Below the pieces are notes generated by a model, which saw only the letters and a list, made by a program, of their open reading frames with translations, did not search any database and was not told the origin of the DNA. A DNA stretch of 64,000 nucleotides from NCBI GenBank assembly GCA_044344255.1, contig JBIJDH010000012.1, positions 96,001-160,000 of the forward strand, in the 5' to 3' direction. Positions 19,755 to 29,395 of the stretch are shown here, in pieces. The position numbers and the translations under genes are program-made. The stretch's first letter is position 1. Each line of letters starts with the position of its first letter. Source of the stretch: Myxococcota bacterium (GTDB taxonomy: Bacteria > Myxococcota_A > UBA796 > UBA2385).

Positions 19755-21916
19755 GGCGCGCGCGGGCGCAGGTGAGCGGCCTCGTCCAGGGGGTCGGCTT
19801 TCGGCCGATGGTGGCGTCCCTCGCCGCGCGGCTCGGGCTCGCCGGCTGGGTGCGCAATGACGACGACGGCCTCGTGGTGGAGGTCGAAGGAGTGTCGCTC
19901 GAGCCCTTCTTCGCGGAGCTCCGCCGGGGCCCGCCGGGGGCCCGCATCGACGCCTTCGCGGTCGAGGCCCGTCCTGTGGAGGGCTCGACCGGCTTCTCCA
20001 TCGCCCCGAGCCGCAAGGGCGGCGCCGCGTCGCCGAGCCTCGGCGCCGACGTCGCCCCCTGCGCCGACTGCCTCGCCGAGCTCTTCGATCCGGGCGGCCG
20101 CCGCTACCGGTACGCCCTCCTGAGCTGCGCCCGCTGCGGCCCGCGCGACAGCGTCGCCCTCGGCCTCCCCTGGGACCGCGGCCGCACCACCCTCGCCGCC
20201 TTCCCCCTCTGCGCGGCCTGCGCGGCCGAGCACGACGACCCCTTCGACCGGCGCTTCCACGCTCAGTCGATGGCCTGCCCGGCCTGCGGCCCCGCCGTCC
20301 TCGCCCCTCTCGACGAGGCCGTGGCCGCGCTCGACCGCGGCGTCGTCGTCGCGCTGAAGGCGGTCGGCGGCTACCAGCTCCTCTGTCGCGCCGACGACCC
20401 CGCCGCGGTCGCCCGGCTGCGCGAGCGGAAGGGCCGCGGGGACAAGCCCTTCGCGGTGATGGTGCGAAATGTCGAGAGCGCAGCGGAGCTGGTCTTCCTC
20501 GACGAGCTGGGGCGCGCGGCGCTGACCTCGGCCCGGCGCCCCATCCTGCTCGCTCGGGCCCGCCAGGCGCTGCCGGGGGTCGCCCCGGGGCTCGACCAGC
20601 TCGGCGTGACGCTCCCCTCGAGCCCGCTTCACTATCTGCTGCTCCATGCCCTCGCGGGCCAGCCGACGGGGACACGGTGGCTCGAAGAGCCCGACCCCAC
20701 CGCGCTCGTGGTCACCTCCGCCAACCGCGCTGGCGAGCCGCTGTGGGGGGACGCCGAGCGGGGGCGCCTGCCCGGGATGGCCGAGGTCGTGCTCACCCAC
20801 GACCGCCCCATCGCGCAGCGGAGCGACGACAGCGTCGTGCACATCGTCGAAGGCGCGGCGCGGCTGTTGCGACGGGCGCGCGGGTGGACGCCCGAGGCTA
20901 TCCCGATGGACGGAGACGGCGTCCTCGCGCTCGGCGCCGATCAGAAGTGCACCGTGAGCCTGCTCCACCGCGGCCAGCTCTGCACCTCCCCGCACCTCGG
21001 CGACCTCGACCACCCCGACACGCTCGACCTCCTCCGCGCGGCCGTCGATCGCCTCTGCGACACCCTCGGCGCGCGGCCGCGGCTGGTCGTCCACGATCTG
21101 CACCCCGACTTCGCCTCCACCCGACACGCCCAGGCCCTCGGGCTGCCGACCCAGGCCGTGCAGCACCACCACGCCCACGTGATGGCCGTGCTGGCCGAGC
21201 ACCGTCACCGGGGCCCCGCGCTCGGGATCGTGCTCGACGGCTACGGCTACGGCGCCGACGGCGGCGCCTGGGGCGGCGAGCTGCTCGAGGTGGACGGGCC
21301 CCGCTGCGCGCGGGTCGGCCACCTCGCCGAGCTCCCCCTGCCCGGCGGGGACGCCGCGGCGCGGGAGCCCTGGCGGATGGCGGTCGCGGCGCTCTATCAG
21401 CTCGGCCGAAAGGAGGAGGCCCTCCGCCGCTGGGGCGAGCCTGCGGCCCGCGTCTGGGCGCTGTGCGAGCGCGGGCTCGCGCCGCCGACCAGCTCCGGTG
21501 GCCGGGCCTTCGACGCCGCGGCGGCCCTCGCCGGCCTCGGCGACCGCGCCCGCTTCGAGGGGGAGCTGGCGATGCGCCTCCAGGCCCGGGTGCGCCGCCC
21601 GCGGGTGATGGACCTCCCCGTCGCGCCCGTGCTCGACCTCTCGCCCCTCTACGCCGCCCTCGCCGACAGCCAGGACCCGGGCGACGCCGCCGACCTCTTC
21701 CATGGCACGCTGGCCCGTGCGCTCGTCGGCTGGGCGCGCTACTCGGAGGCGCCGGTGGTCGTGCTCGGTGGCGGGTGTTTCGCCAACCCGGTGCTCACCG
21801 CCCTGGTCGCCGAAGGCCTGCGGAGGGAGGGGAGAGAGCCGCTGCTCGCACGGCGCTTCCCCCCCAACGACGGCGCCATCTCGGTCGGTCAGGCCGCCAT
21901 CGCCGCCTGGACCTGA
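19730..21916 (+). CDS. hypF: Carbamoyltransferase HypF
   Basis: [10 protein letters not shown] acylphosphatase domain, four CxxC pairs, [34 protein letters not shown]. Confidence 0.95.
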   Translation: MRVDPRPLRRARAQVSGLVQGVGFRPMVASLAARLGLAGWVRNDDDGLVVEVEGVSLEPFFAELRRGPPGARIDAFAVEARPVEGSTGFSIAPSRKGGAASPSLGADVAPCADCLAELFDPGGRRYRYALLSCARCGPRDSVALGLPWDRGRTTLAAFPLCAACAAEHDDPFDRRFHAQSMACPACGPAVLAPLDEAVAALDRGVVVALKAVGGYQLLCRADDPAAVARLRERKGRGDKPFAVMVRNVESAAELVFLDELGRAALTSARRPILLARARQALPGVAPGLDQLGVTLPSSPLHYLLLHALAGQPTGTRWLEEPDPTALVVTSANRAGEPLWGDAERGRLPGMAEVVLTHDRPIAQRSDDSVVHIVEGAARLLRRARGWTPEAIPMDGDGVLALGADQKCTVSLLHRGQLCTSPHLGDLDHPDTLDLLRAAVDRLCDTLGARPRLVVHDLHPDFASTRHAQALGLPTQAVQHHHAHVMAVLAEHRHRGPALGIVLDGYGYGADGGAWGGELLEVDGPRCARVGHLAELPLPGGDAAAREPWRMAVAALYQLGRKEEALRRWGEPAARVWALCERGLAPPTSSGGRAFDAAAALAGLGDRARFEGELAMRLQARVRRPRVMDLPVAPVLDLSPLYAALADSQDPGDAADLFHGTLARALVGWARYSEAPVVVLGGGCFANPVLTALVAEGLRREGREPLLARRFPPNDGAISVGQAAIAAWT

Positions 21917-21933
21917 CCCTGTGGAGGTGAAGC

Positions 21934-22158
21934 ATGTGCCTCGCGCTCCCCGCCCGCGTCGTCGAGGTCCACCCCGGTCAGGTCGCCACGGTCGATCTCG
22001 ACGGCGTCCGCCGCAAGGTCTCGACCGCCCTGCTCGAGGAGATCGCGGTCGGCGACTACGTGATCCTCCACGTCGGCTTCGCGCTCTCCCGGCTCGATCA
22101 GGCCGAGGCCGAGGCCACCCTCAACCTCTTCGCCTCGCTCGCCGAGGGTGAGCCATGA
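21934..22158 (+). CDS. hypC: Hydrogenase chaperone HypC
   Basis: MCLALPARV, GDYVILHVGFA. Confidence 0.97.
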   Translation: MCLALPARVVEVHPGQVATVDLDGVRRKVSTALLEEIAVGDYVILHVGFALSRLDQAEAEATLNLFASLAEGEP

Positions 22159-22168
22159 GGTTCGAACA

Positions 22169-23263
22169 GTGAGGTTCGTCGACCCCTTCCGCGACCCCCG
22201 CGGGGCCCAGGCCCTCGCCGCCGAGGTGCGCCGCAGGGCCGACCCCGGGCGCAAATACCGCCTGATGGAGTTCTGCGGGGGGCACACCCACACGCTCTGC
22301 CGTTACAGCATCCCCGGCCTGCTGCCCGAAAACATCGAGCTCATCCACGGGCCGGGCTGCCCCGTCTGCGTGCTCCCGATCAGCCGCATCGACCAGGCCC
22401 TGTCGCTCGTGGAGCGGCCCGAGGTCACGCTCTGCACCTACGGCGACATGATGCGCGTCCCCGGCCGCCAGGGGCGCTCGTTGCAGGGCGCGCGCGCGGC
22501 GGGGGCCGACGTGCGGATGGTCTACAGCCCGAGCGACGCCCTGGCGCTGGCGGCTGCGCGCCCAGACCGGCAGGTGGTGTTCTTCGCGGTCGGCTTCGAG
22601 ACCACGACGCCGCCCACCGCCGTGGTCCTCCAAGCGGCCCGGGCCGCCGGCCTGCCCAACTTCAGCGTGCTCTGCAACCACGTGCTCACCCCGCCGGCCA
22701 TCCACGCGGTCCTGTCGGCGGGCGCGGCGCTCGACGGGATCATCGGGCCCGGACACGTCGCCACCATCGTCGGCACGGCGCCCTTCACCCCCTTCGCGCG
22801 CGACCACCGCCTGCCGATCGCGATCGCCGGCTTCGAGCCGCTCGACCTCCTCCAGGCCATCGCCCTGCTGATCGCCCAGGTCAACGAGGGGCGGGCCGAG
22901 GTCGAGAACCAGTACACCCGCTCGGTGCGCCCCGCGGGCAACCCGGTCGCCCAGGCCGCCATCGCCGCGGTGATGCAGGTCCGCCCGCGCTTCGCCCTGC
23001 GCGGCCTCGGCCTCCTCGCGGGCGGGGGCCTCGAGCTCCGACCGGAGTGGGCCGAGTGGGACGCCGAGCGCCGCTTTGACCTCGATGAGGTGCTGGTGGC
23101 CGACCACCCCGCCTGCATCTGCGGCGAGATCCTGCGCGGCGCGAAGCGGCCCTCCGACTGCCGCGTCTTCGGCGGCGCCTGCACCCCCGACAGCCCGCTC
23201 GGCGCCTGCATGGTGTCCTCCGAGGGCGCCTGCGCGGCCTGGTACCAGTACGGTGCCCAATGA
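22169..23263 (+). CDS. hypD: Hydrogenase maturation protein HypD
   Basis: MEFCGGHTH, GPGCPVC, GFETT, PGHV, GACMVSSEGAC. Start taken at GTG 22169; GTG 22148 is an alternative. Confidence 0.96.
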   Translation: MRFVDPFRDPRGAQALAAEVRRRADPGRKYRLMEFCGGHTHTLCRYSIPGLLPENIELIHGPGCPVCVLPISRIDQALSLVERPEVTLCTYGDMMRVPGRQGRSLQGARAAGADVRMVYSPSDALALAAARPDRQVVFFAVGFETTTPPTAVVLQAARAAGLPNFSVLCNHVLTPPAIHAVLSAGAALDGIIGPGHVATIVGTAPFTPFARDHRLPIAIAGFEPLDLLQAIALLIAQVNEGRAEVENQYTRSVRPAGNPVAQAAIAAVMQVRPRFALRGLGLLAGGGLELRPEWAEWDAERRFDLDEVLVADHPACICGEILRGAKRPSDCRVFGGACTPDSPLGACMVSSEGACAAWYQYGAQ

Positions 23264-24282
23264 GGCGGCTGGACCTCGAGCACGGGCGGGTGGAGCTCCA
23301 GCACGGCGCCGGCGGGCGGGCCACGGCCGAGCTCATCGCCGAGCTCTTCCGCGCCGCCTACGGCAACCCCACCCTCGACGCGGGCGACGACGCGGCGATC
23401 TTCGACCTCCCGCCCGGCCGCGTCGTGATGAGCACGGACGCCTACGTCGTGAGCCCGCTCGAGTTCCCCGGGGGAGACATCGGCCGGCTCGCGGTGCACG
23501 GGACCGTCAATGACGTGGCGATGCTCGGCGCGCGGCCGATCTGGCTGAGCGTGGCCATGATCCTCGAGGAGGGGCTCCCGCTCGCGCTCCTGTCCCGGGT
23601 GGTCGCCTCGATCGCCCGGGCCGCGCAGGAGGCCGGCGTCCAGATCGCCACCGGTGACACCAAGGTCGTCGAGCGCGGGAAGGGGGACGGGATCTTCCTC
23701 ACCACCACCGGCGTCGGGGTGGTGCCGCCCGGGCGTGACGCCTGCTCCGGCGCCCACGCGCGGCCCGGCGACCTCATCCTGCTCAGCGGCACGGTGGGCG
23801 ACCACGGCGCGGCCATCCTGTCCTGCCGCGAGGGCCTCGCCTTTGATGGGCCCATCCGCTCCGACAGCCGGCCGCTCAACGGGCTGGTCGAGGCGATGTT
23901 CGCGGCCGGGCCCCTGCACACGCTGCGCGACCCCACCCGCGGCGGGCTGGCGACCGCGCTCAATGAGCTCGCCCACCAGTCGGGCGTGGGCTTGCGCCTC
24001 CGCGAGGCCGACGTGCCCGTCGATCCCGCCGTCCGCGCCCTCGCCGAGCTGCTCGGCCTTGACCCGCTCTACTTCGCCAACGAGGGCAAGCTCGTCGCCA
24101 CCTGCGCCCCCGCCGACGCCCCGGCGCTGCTCGCCGCGATGCGCGCCCACCCGCACGGCCAGGACGCCGCCCTGATCGGCGTCGTCGGCGGCCAACCGGG
24201 CCGCGTCGTGCTCGAGACCCGCTTCGGCGGCGAGCGCCTGCTCCGCTGGCTCGCCGGCGACCCCCTCCCTCGGATCTGTTGA
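23260..24282 (+). CDS. hypE: Carbamoyl dehydratase HypE
   Basis: HGAGG, FPGGDIG, GDTKVV, RDPTRGG, ANEGK, C-terminal LPRIC. Confidence 0.97.
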   Translation: MRRLDLEHGRVELQHGAGGRATAELIAELFRAAYGNPTLDAGDDAAIFDLPPGRVVMSTDAYVVSPLEFPGGDIGRLAVHGTVNDVAMLGARPIWLSVAMILEEGLPLALLSRVVASIARAAQEAGVQIATGDTKVVERGKGDGIFLTTTGVGVVPPGRDACSGAHARPGDLILLSGTVGDHGAAILSCREGLAFDGPIRSDSRPLNGLVEAMFAAGPLHTLRDPTRGGLATALNELAHQSGVGLRLREADVPVDPAVRALAELLGLDPLYFANEGKLVATCAPADAPALLAAMRAHPHGQDAALIGVVGGQPGRVVLETRFGGERLLRWLAGDPLPRIC

Positions 24283-24292
24283 AGGAGCCCCG

Positions 24293-26113
24293 ATGTCCAG
24301 CGGGACGAGCGCCATCCTGGCCAGACACCACCACGATCCGACCCGCCTCGTGCAGATCCTGCGCGACGTGACGGCGGCGGAGGGCTTCATCTCGCCCCCC
24401 ACCCTCACCGCCCTCGCCCAGGGCCTGGGCCTGCCGCGCGCCCGCGTCGAGGGGGTGGCCGGCTTCTACAGCTTCTTCGACACCGCGCCGATGGGCCGCT
24501 ACCGGCTGCGCTTCAGCGACAACATCACCGACCGCATGGCCGGGGGCGTGGCGCTGCGGGAGCGCCTGCTCGCCTCCTTCCAGCTCTCGCTCGGGGAGGT
24601 CTCGCGCGACGGCCTGCTCAGCGTGCGGACCACCTCCTGCACCGGCCTCTGCGACCAGGGGCCAGCCCTGCTCGTCAACGACCGCGCGATCGGGCGGCTC
24701 ACCCCCGCGCGCATCGGCGCGATCTCCGCCCTCATCCGCGCCAGCGTGCCGCTCGAGGCCTGGCCCGAGAACCTCTTCACCATCCACGCGCCGATCGAGC
24801 GCCGCGACCGGCTCCTCTCCACCCCGATGGTGCCCGGCGAGGCCCTCGCCGCCGCCCTCCAGCGAGGCCCCAAGGGGATGATCGACGCGCTCAAGTCGAG
24901 CGGCCTGCGCGGCCGCGGCGGCGCCGGCTTCAGCGCGGGCGCCAAGTGGGAGGCCTGCGCGGCCGCGCCGGGCCCGCGGCGCACCATCGTCTGCAACGCC
25001 GATGAGGGCGAGCCCGGCACCTTCAAAGACCGCGTGCTGCTGAGCGAGCGCTGCGACGAGGTCCTCGAGGGCATGACGGTGGCCGCCGCGACGGTCGGCG
25101 CAGACCAGGGCTTCCTCTACCTCCGCGGCGAGTACCCCTTCCTCATCGCGCCGATCGAGGCGGCGCTGGCCCGGCGCCGCGCCGCCGGCCTGCTCGGCCG
25201 CGACATCCTCGGCCACCGCGGCCCCGGCGGCCAGGGCTTTCACTTCGACATCGAGCTGCACGTGGGCGCTGGCGCTTACATCTGCGGGGAGGAGTCGGCC
25301 CTGCTCGAGTCCCTCGAGGGCAAGCGCGGCATCCCCCGCAACCGGCCGCCCTACCCCGTCACCCACGGCTACCTCCAGCGGCCCACCGTCGTGAACAACG
25401 TCGAGACCTTGCTCGCCGCCGCCTTCGTCGCCCTGTACGGCCCCGACTGGCTGCGGAGCGTGGGCACCCCCCTCTCGGCGGGCACGAAGCTGCTCTCGGT
25501 CTCCGGCGACGTCGCCCGGCCGGGGATCTACGAGCACCCCTTCGGCGTGAGCGTACAGCAGGTCTTGGACGAGGCGGGCGCGGTCGACCCGATGGCGGTC
25601 CAGGTGGGCGGGCCCTCCGGCACCCTGCTCGCCCCCCAGGACTTCTCCCGCCGCATCGCGATGGAGGACGTGAGCTGCGCAGGCGCCTTCATGGTCTTTG
25701 ACCGCACCCGCGACATCATCGAGGTGGTCGACAACTTCGCCCACTTCTTCGCCCACGAGGCCTGCGGCTTCTGCACGCCCTGTCGGGTGGGCACGACCCT
25801 GTCGGCCGACATCCTGCGGCGGGTCAAGCTGGGCCAGGGCACGCGGCGCGACCTGAAGGACCTCACCCACCTCGCCCGCCTGATGCGCACCGCGAGCCAC
25901 TGCGGCCTCGGCCACACCGCCGGCAACCCGACGCTGGACGCCCTCGCCCGCTTCCGGCCCGCCTTTGATCGCCGGCTCCTGTCCACCGAGGTCGAGCCGG
26001 TCTTTGACCTCGACGCGGCCCTCGGGCCAGCGCGCGAGGCCACCGGGCGCGACGACGCCGGCGCCCACTTCCCCGCGACCCACATTCCCCCCACCCCGGC
26101 GGAGCGAACATGA
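24293..26113 (+). CDS. hoxF: NAD-reducing hydrogenase diaphorase large subunit (NuoE+NuoF-like fusion)
   Basis: N-terminal FYSFF…CTGLCDQGP; GRGGAGF, NADEGEPGTFKDR, GAYICGEE, CGFCTPC…CGLG. Confidence 0.93.
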   Translation: MSSGTSAILARHHHDPTRLVQILRDVTAAEGFISPPTLTALAQGLGLPRARVEGVAGFYSFFDTAPMGRYRLRFSDNITDRMAGGVALRERLLASFQLSLGEVSRDGLLSVRTTSCTGLCDQGPALLVNDRAIGRLTPARIGAISALIRASVPLEAWPENLFTIHAPIERRDRLLSTPMVPGEALAAALQRGPKGMIDALKSSGLRGRGGAGFSAGAKWEACAAAPGPRRTIVCNADEGEPGTFKDRVLLSERCDEVLEGMTVAAATVGADQGFLYLRGEYPFLIAPIEAALARRRAAGLLGRDILGHRGPGGQGFHFDIELHVGAGAYICGEESALLESLEGKRGIPRNRPPYPVTHGYLQRPTVVNNVETLLAAAFVALYGPDWLRSVGTPLSAGTKLLSVSGDVARPGIYEHPFGVSVQQVLDEAGAVDPMAVQVGGPSGTLLAPQDFSRRIAMEDVSCAGAFMVFDRTRDIIEVVDNFAHFFAHEACGFCTPCRVGTTLSADILRRVKLGQGTRRDLKDLTHLARLMRTASHCGLGHTAGNPTLDALARFRPAFDRRLLSTEVEPVFDLDAALGPAREATGRDDAGAHFPATHIPPTPAERT

Positions 26114-26823
26114 GCGAGGTCTCCACCCCGGACACCTTCACGCTGGACGGCCACCCGCTGCCCCTCGCGCCCGGCCAGACCATCCTCGAGGCCGCGGAGG
26201 CCGCCCACATCTACATCCCCCACCTCTGCCACCACAAGGAGTTCCCCGGGCACGGGAGCTGCAAGGTGTGCACCGTGAACCGGAACGGGCGGGCGGTCGC
26301 GAGCTGCACCACCCCGGCGACCTCGGGTGACGTGGTCGACAGTGAGACCGACGAGCTGCGGGCCCTCCGACGGTCTATCGTGCAGCTCCTGTTCACCGAG
26401 GGCAACCACTTCTGCCCCTCCTGCGAGCAGAGCGGCAACTGTACGCTCCAGGCGGTCGCCTACCATCTCGAGATGACCACCGCCCACTACGCGCCGCTCT
26501 TCCCCAATCGCCCGGTGGACGCATCCCACCCCGACGTCCTGCTCGACTTCAACCGCTGCATCCTCTGCGAGCTCTGTGTGCGGGCGAGCGCCGAGATAGA
26601 CGGCAAGGACGTCTTCGCGCTCTCCGGCCGCGGGATCGGAAAGCACCTCATCGTCAACGCCGAGTCCGGCCGCCTCGCCGACACGGCCCTCTCTGTCGAG
26701 GACAAGGCCATGTCTGTCTGTCCGGTGGGCGTCATTCAGCGGAAGCGCCGCGGCTTCCAGGTCCCGATCGGCGAGCGGCGCTTTGACCGACAGACCATCG
26801 CCGACGAGACGGTGCGCCGATGA
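26110..26823 (+). CDS. hoxU: NAD-reducing hydrogenase diaphorase small subunit
   Basis: IPHLC…GSCKVC, NHFCPSCEQSGNC, RCILCELCVR, CPVG. Confidence 0.93.
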   Translation: MSEVSTPDTFTLDGHPLPLAPGQTILEAAEAAHIYIPHLCHHKEFPGHGSCKVCTVNRNGRAVASCTTPATSGDVVDSETDELRALRRSIVQLLFTEGNHFCPSCEQSGNCTLQAVAYHLEMTTAHYAPLFPNRPVDASHPDVLLDFNRCILCELCVRASAEIDGKDVFALSGRGIGKHLIVNAESGRLADTALSVEDKAMSVCPVGVIQRKRRGFQVPIGERRFDRQTIADETVRR

Positions 26824-27401
26824 GCGAGCCCTCGCCCGTCCGAAAGCCGAGGGTGGCCACCGTGTCGCTCGCAGGCTGCTTCGGCTGCCACATGTCGCTG
26901 CTCGACATCGACGAGCGCATCGTGGCGCTGCTCGAGGCGGTCGAGCTCGACCGTTCGCCGCTCAATGACATCAAGCACGTGACGGGCGGCCGAGCGGACG
27001 GGGAGCGCGGCCCCTGCGACATCGGCCTCGTCGAGGGGGGGCTCTGTAACGCCGAGAACGTCCACGTCCTCCGCGAGTTCCGAGAGCGCTGCACCGTGCT
27101 CATCGCGCTCGGTGCTTGCGCGGTCAACGGCGGGCTGCCGGCGCAGCGGAACCACCTCGACGTGCGCGACTGCCTCCAGACCGTGTACCTGAGCGGCGAG
27201 GGCGTGGTGCGGGGCTTCATCCCCAACGACCCCGAGCTGCCCCTGCCGCTGGACAAGGTCCACCCGCTCCACGACGTGGTCAAGATCGACTACTTCCTGC
27301 CCGGCTGCCCCCCCTCCGCCGACGCGATCTGGGGCCTGCTCACCGACCTGCTCGCCGGCCGCACGCCGCGCGCGCTGCCCGGCCACCTCCACTACGACTG
27401 A
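26820..27401 (+). CDS. hoxY: NAD-reducing hydrogenase small subunit
   Basis: GCFGCHMS, GACAVNGG, PGCPP. Confidence 0.95.
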   Translation: MSEPSPVRKPRVATVSLAGCFGCHMSLLDIDERIVALLEAVELDRSPLNDIKHVTGGRADGERGPCDIGLVEGGLCNAENVHVLREFRERCTVLIALGACAVNGGLPAQRNHLDVRDCLQTVYLSGEGVVRGFIPNDPELPLPLDKVHPLHDVVKIDYFLPGCPPSADAIWGLLTDLLAGRTPRALPGHLHYD

Positions 27402-27437
27402 CCGTCCCGCGGGACGGACGACAGGACGGGGACAGAC

Positions 27438-28901
27438 ATGAGCACACCCCTCGAGACGGCCGCCCACCCCGAGACGCTCCGCCGGGTCGCGATTGACCCG
27501 GTCACGCGGGTCGAGGGCCACGGGAAGGTGACGATCCTGCTGGACGCGCAGAATCGAGTCCAGCAGGTGCGCCTGCACATCGTCGAGTTCCGTGGCTTCG
27601 AGCGCTTCATCCAAGGCCGCCCCTATTGGGAGGTGCCGGTGATGGTGCAGCGGCTCTGCGGGATCTGCCCGGTGAGCCACCACCTCGCCGCCGCGAAGGC
27701 GCTGGACACGGTGGTGGGCGCGCGTGTGCTCCGCCCCGCCGCGGAGAAGAACCGGCGCCTGATGCACTACGGACAGATGCTCCAGTCGCACGCGCTCCAC
27801 TTCTTCTACCTCGCAAGCCCCGACCTCCTGTTCGGCTTCGCCGACGATCCCGCCCACCGAAACGTGGTGGGCGTGCTCGACGCCTACCCCGAGCTGGCGC
27901 TCCAAGGCGTGAAGCTCCGTAAATACGGGCAAGAGGTCATTCGAATCACGGCGGGGAAGCGGATCCACGGCACCGGCGCGGTCCCCGGCGGCGTTAACAA
28001 GGTGCTCACCTCCACCGAGCGCGCCGAGCTCCAGGCCGGCATCGGCGACGTGCTCACCTGGGCCCAGGCGGGCATGGCGGCCATCGTGGGCCTCCACACG
28101 CAGAACCGCGGGCTCTACGACAGCTTCGGGACCGTGCCCTCGAGCCTCCTGTCCCTCGTCGGGGCCGGCGGCGCCCTCGACCTCTACGACGGCACCCTGC
28201 GGGCCCGCCGGGCTGACGGGAGCCTCCTCTTCGATGGGGTGGCCGCGGCGGACTACGGCGACCAGATCAAGGAGAACGTCCGCTCCTGGAGCTACATGAA
28301 GTTCCCCTTCTTCCAGGCCCTCGGCCCGGAGGAGGGCTGGTACAAGGTGGGCCCGCTTGCGCGGGTCCAGAACTGCGACTTCATCCCCACGCCCCTCGCC
28401 GAGGCCGAGCGCCAGCGCTTCCGCGCCGCCTCCCCGGGCCTCCAGCACGCGCCGCTCGCCACCCACTGGGCGCGGATGATCGAGCTCCTCCACTCCGCCG
28501 AGGTGATTGACGCGCTCCTCCGCGACGACGACCTTCTCGGAGACGCCACCCCCGCGCTCGGGCGGCGCCACGCCGAGGGGGTGGGCATCCTCGAGGCGCC
28601 CCGCGGCACCCTCATCCACCACTACCGGGTCTCCCCCGATGACCTCGTCACGATGTGCAACCTCATCGTCTCGACCACCCACAACAACCAGGCGATGAAC
28701 GAGTCGATCCGACAGGTCGCCCGCCAGTACCTCGACGGAAACGAGCCCACCGAGGCGCTGCTCAACCACATCGAGGTGGCCATCCGGGCCTTTGACCCCT
28801 GCCTCTCCTGCGCCACCCACGCGCTCGGGCAGATGCCCCTGATCCTCGAGATCACCGACGCCCAGGGCGAGGTGCGGCGCCTCGTGCGGAGCGCCGACTG
28901 A
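27438..28901 (+). CDS. hoxH: Group 3d [NiFe]-hydrogenase large subunit
   Basis: DPVTRVEGH, L1 RLCGICPVSH, EAPRGTLIHHY, L2 DPCLSCATH plus a cleavable C-terminal extension. Confidence 0.96.
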   Translation: MSTPLETAAHPETLRRVAIDPVTRVEGHGKVTILLDAQNRVQQVRLHIVEFRGFERFIQGRPYWEVPVMVQRLCGICPVSHHLAAAKALDTVVGARVLRPAAEKNRRLMHYGQMLQSHALHFFYLASPDLLFGFADDPAHRNVVGVLDAYPELALQGVKLRKYGQEVIRITAGKRIHGTGAVPGGVNKVLTSTERAELQAGIGDVLTWAQAGMAAIVGLHTQNRGLYDSFGTVPSSLLSLVGAGGALDLYDGTLRARRADGSLLFDGVAAADYGDQIKENVRSWSYMKFPFFQALGPEEGWYKVGPLARVQNCDFIPTPLAEAERQRFRAASPGLQHAPLATHWARMIELLHSAEVIDALLRDDDLLGDATPALGRRHAEGVGILEAPRGTLIHHYRVSPDDLVTMCNLIVSTTHNNQAMNESIRQVARQYLDGNEPTEALLNHIEVAIRAFDPCLSCATHALGQMPLILEITDAQGEVRRLVRSAD

Positions 28902-29347
28902 GCCCGATCCTCATCCTCGCGGTGGGCAACCCCTCACGCGGGGACGACGCCCTCGGCCCCCTCCTGCTCGAGCGGCTCGAGGTCGCGCTCGCCGGCCCCC
29001 TCGCGCGAGGGGGTATCGAGCTGCTCACCGACTTCCAGCTCCAGGTCGAGCTGATCTTCGACCTCGAGGGGCGCGAGCGGGTCGTCTTCGTCGACGCCAG
29101 TCTCGTCGCCGAGCCGCCCTTCACCTGGGGCCCCGCGCTCCCCGACGAGGCCCTGCCCGCCACCAGCCACTCGCTCAGCCCCGGCGCGCTGCTGGCCTGT
29201 CACCGCCGCCTCCTCGGCCCGCCGCCGCCCGCCTCCCTGCTGGCGATCCGCGGGGAGCGCTTCGAGCTCGGTGAGGGGCTCTCCCCCGCGGCGGCGGCGC
29301 ACCTGGAGCAGGCCCTGGCCCACCTGCTGACCGTGCTCGGGGCCTGA
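28898..29347 (+). CDS. hoxW: Hydrogenase maturation endopeptidase (probable CTG start)
   Basis: ILILAVGNPSRGDDALG, VFVDA, TSH. The first beta-strand lies upstream of the first canonical start (GTG 28922). Confidence 0.88.
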   Translation: MSPILILAVGNPSRGDDALGPLLLERLEVALAGPLARGGIELLTDFQLQVELIFDLEGRERVVFVDASLVAEPPFTWGPALPDEALPATSHSLSPGALLACHRRLLGPPPPASLLAIRGERFELGEGLSPAAAAHLEQALAHLLTVLGA

Positions 29348-29395
29348 CCCTCGCGCTCAGCCCCGGCACCCCCGCCCGGTGCTACGCTCTCCAAG

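Noticed and set aside
24293..26823. Respiratory complex I nuoEFG
   Set aside because: Context (hoxYH, hyp genes) and the short HoxU identify the hydrogenase diaphorase module.
18531..28820. Long antisense ORFs over the hyp/hox operon (e.g. 19085-21703, 23960-26083, 26736-28820)
   Set aside because: Shadow ORFs expected in high-GC DNA; no motifs, and the opposite strand holds well-supported genes.
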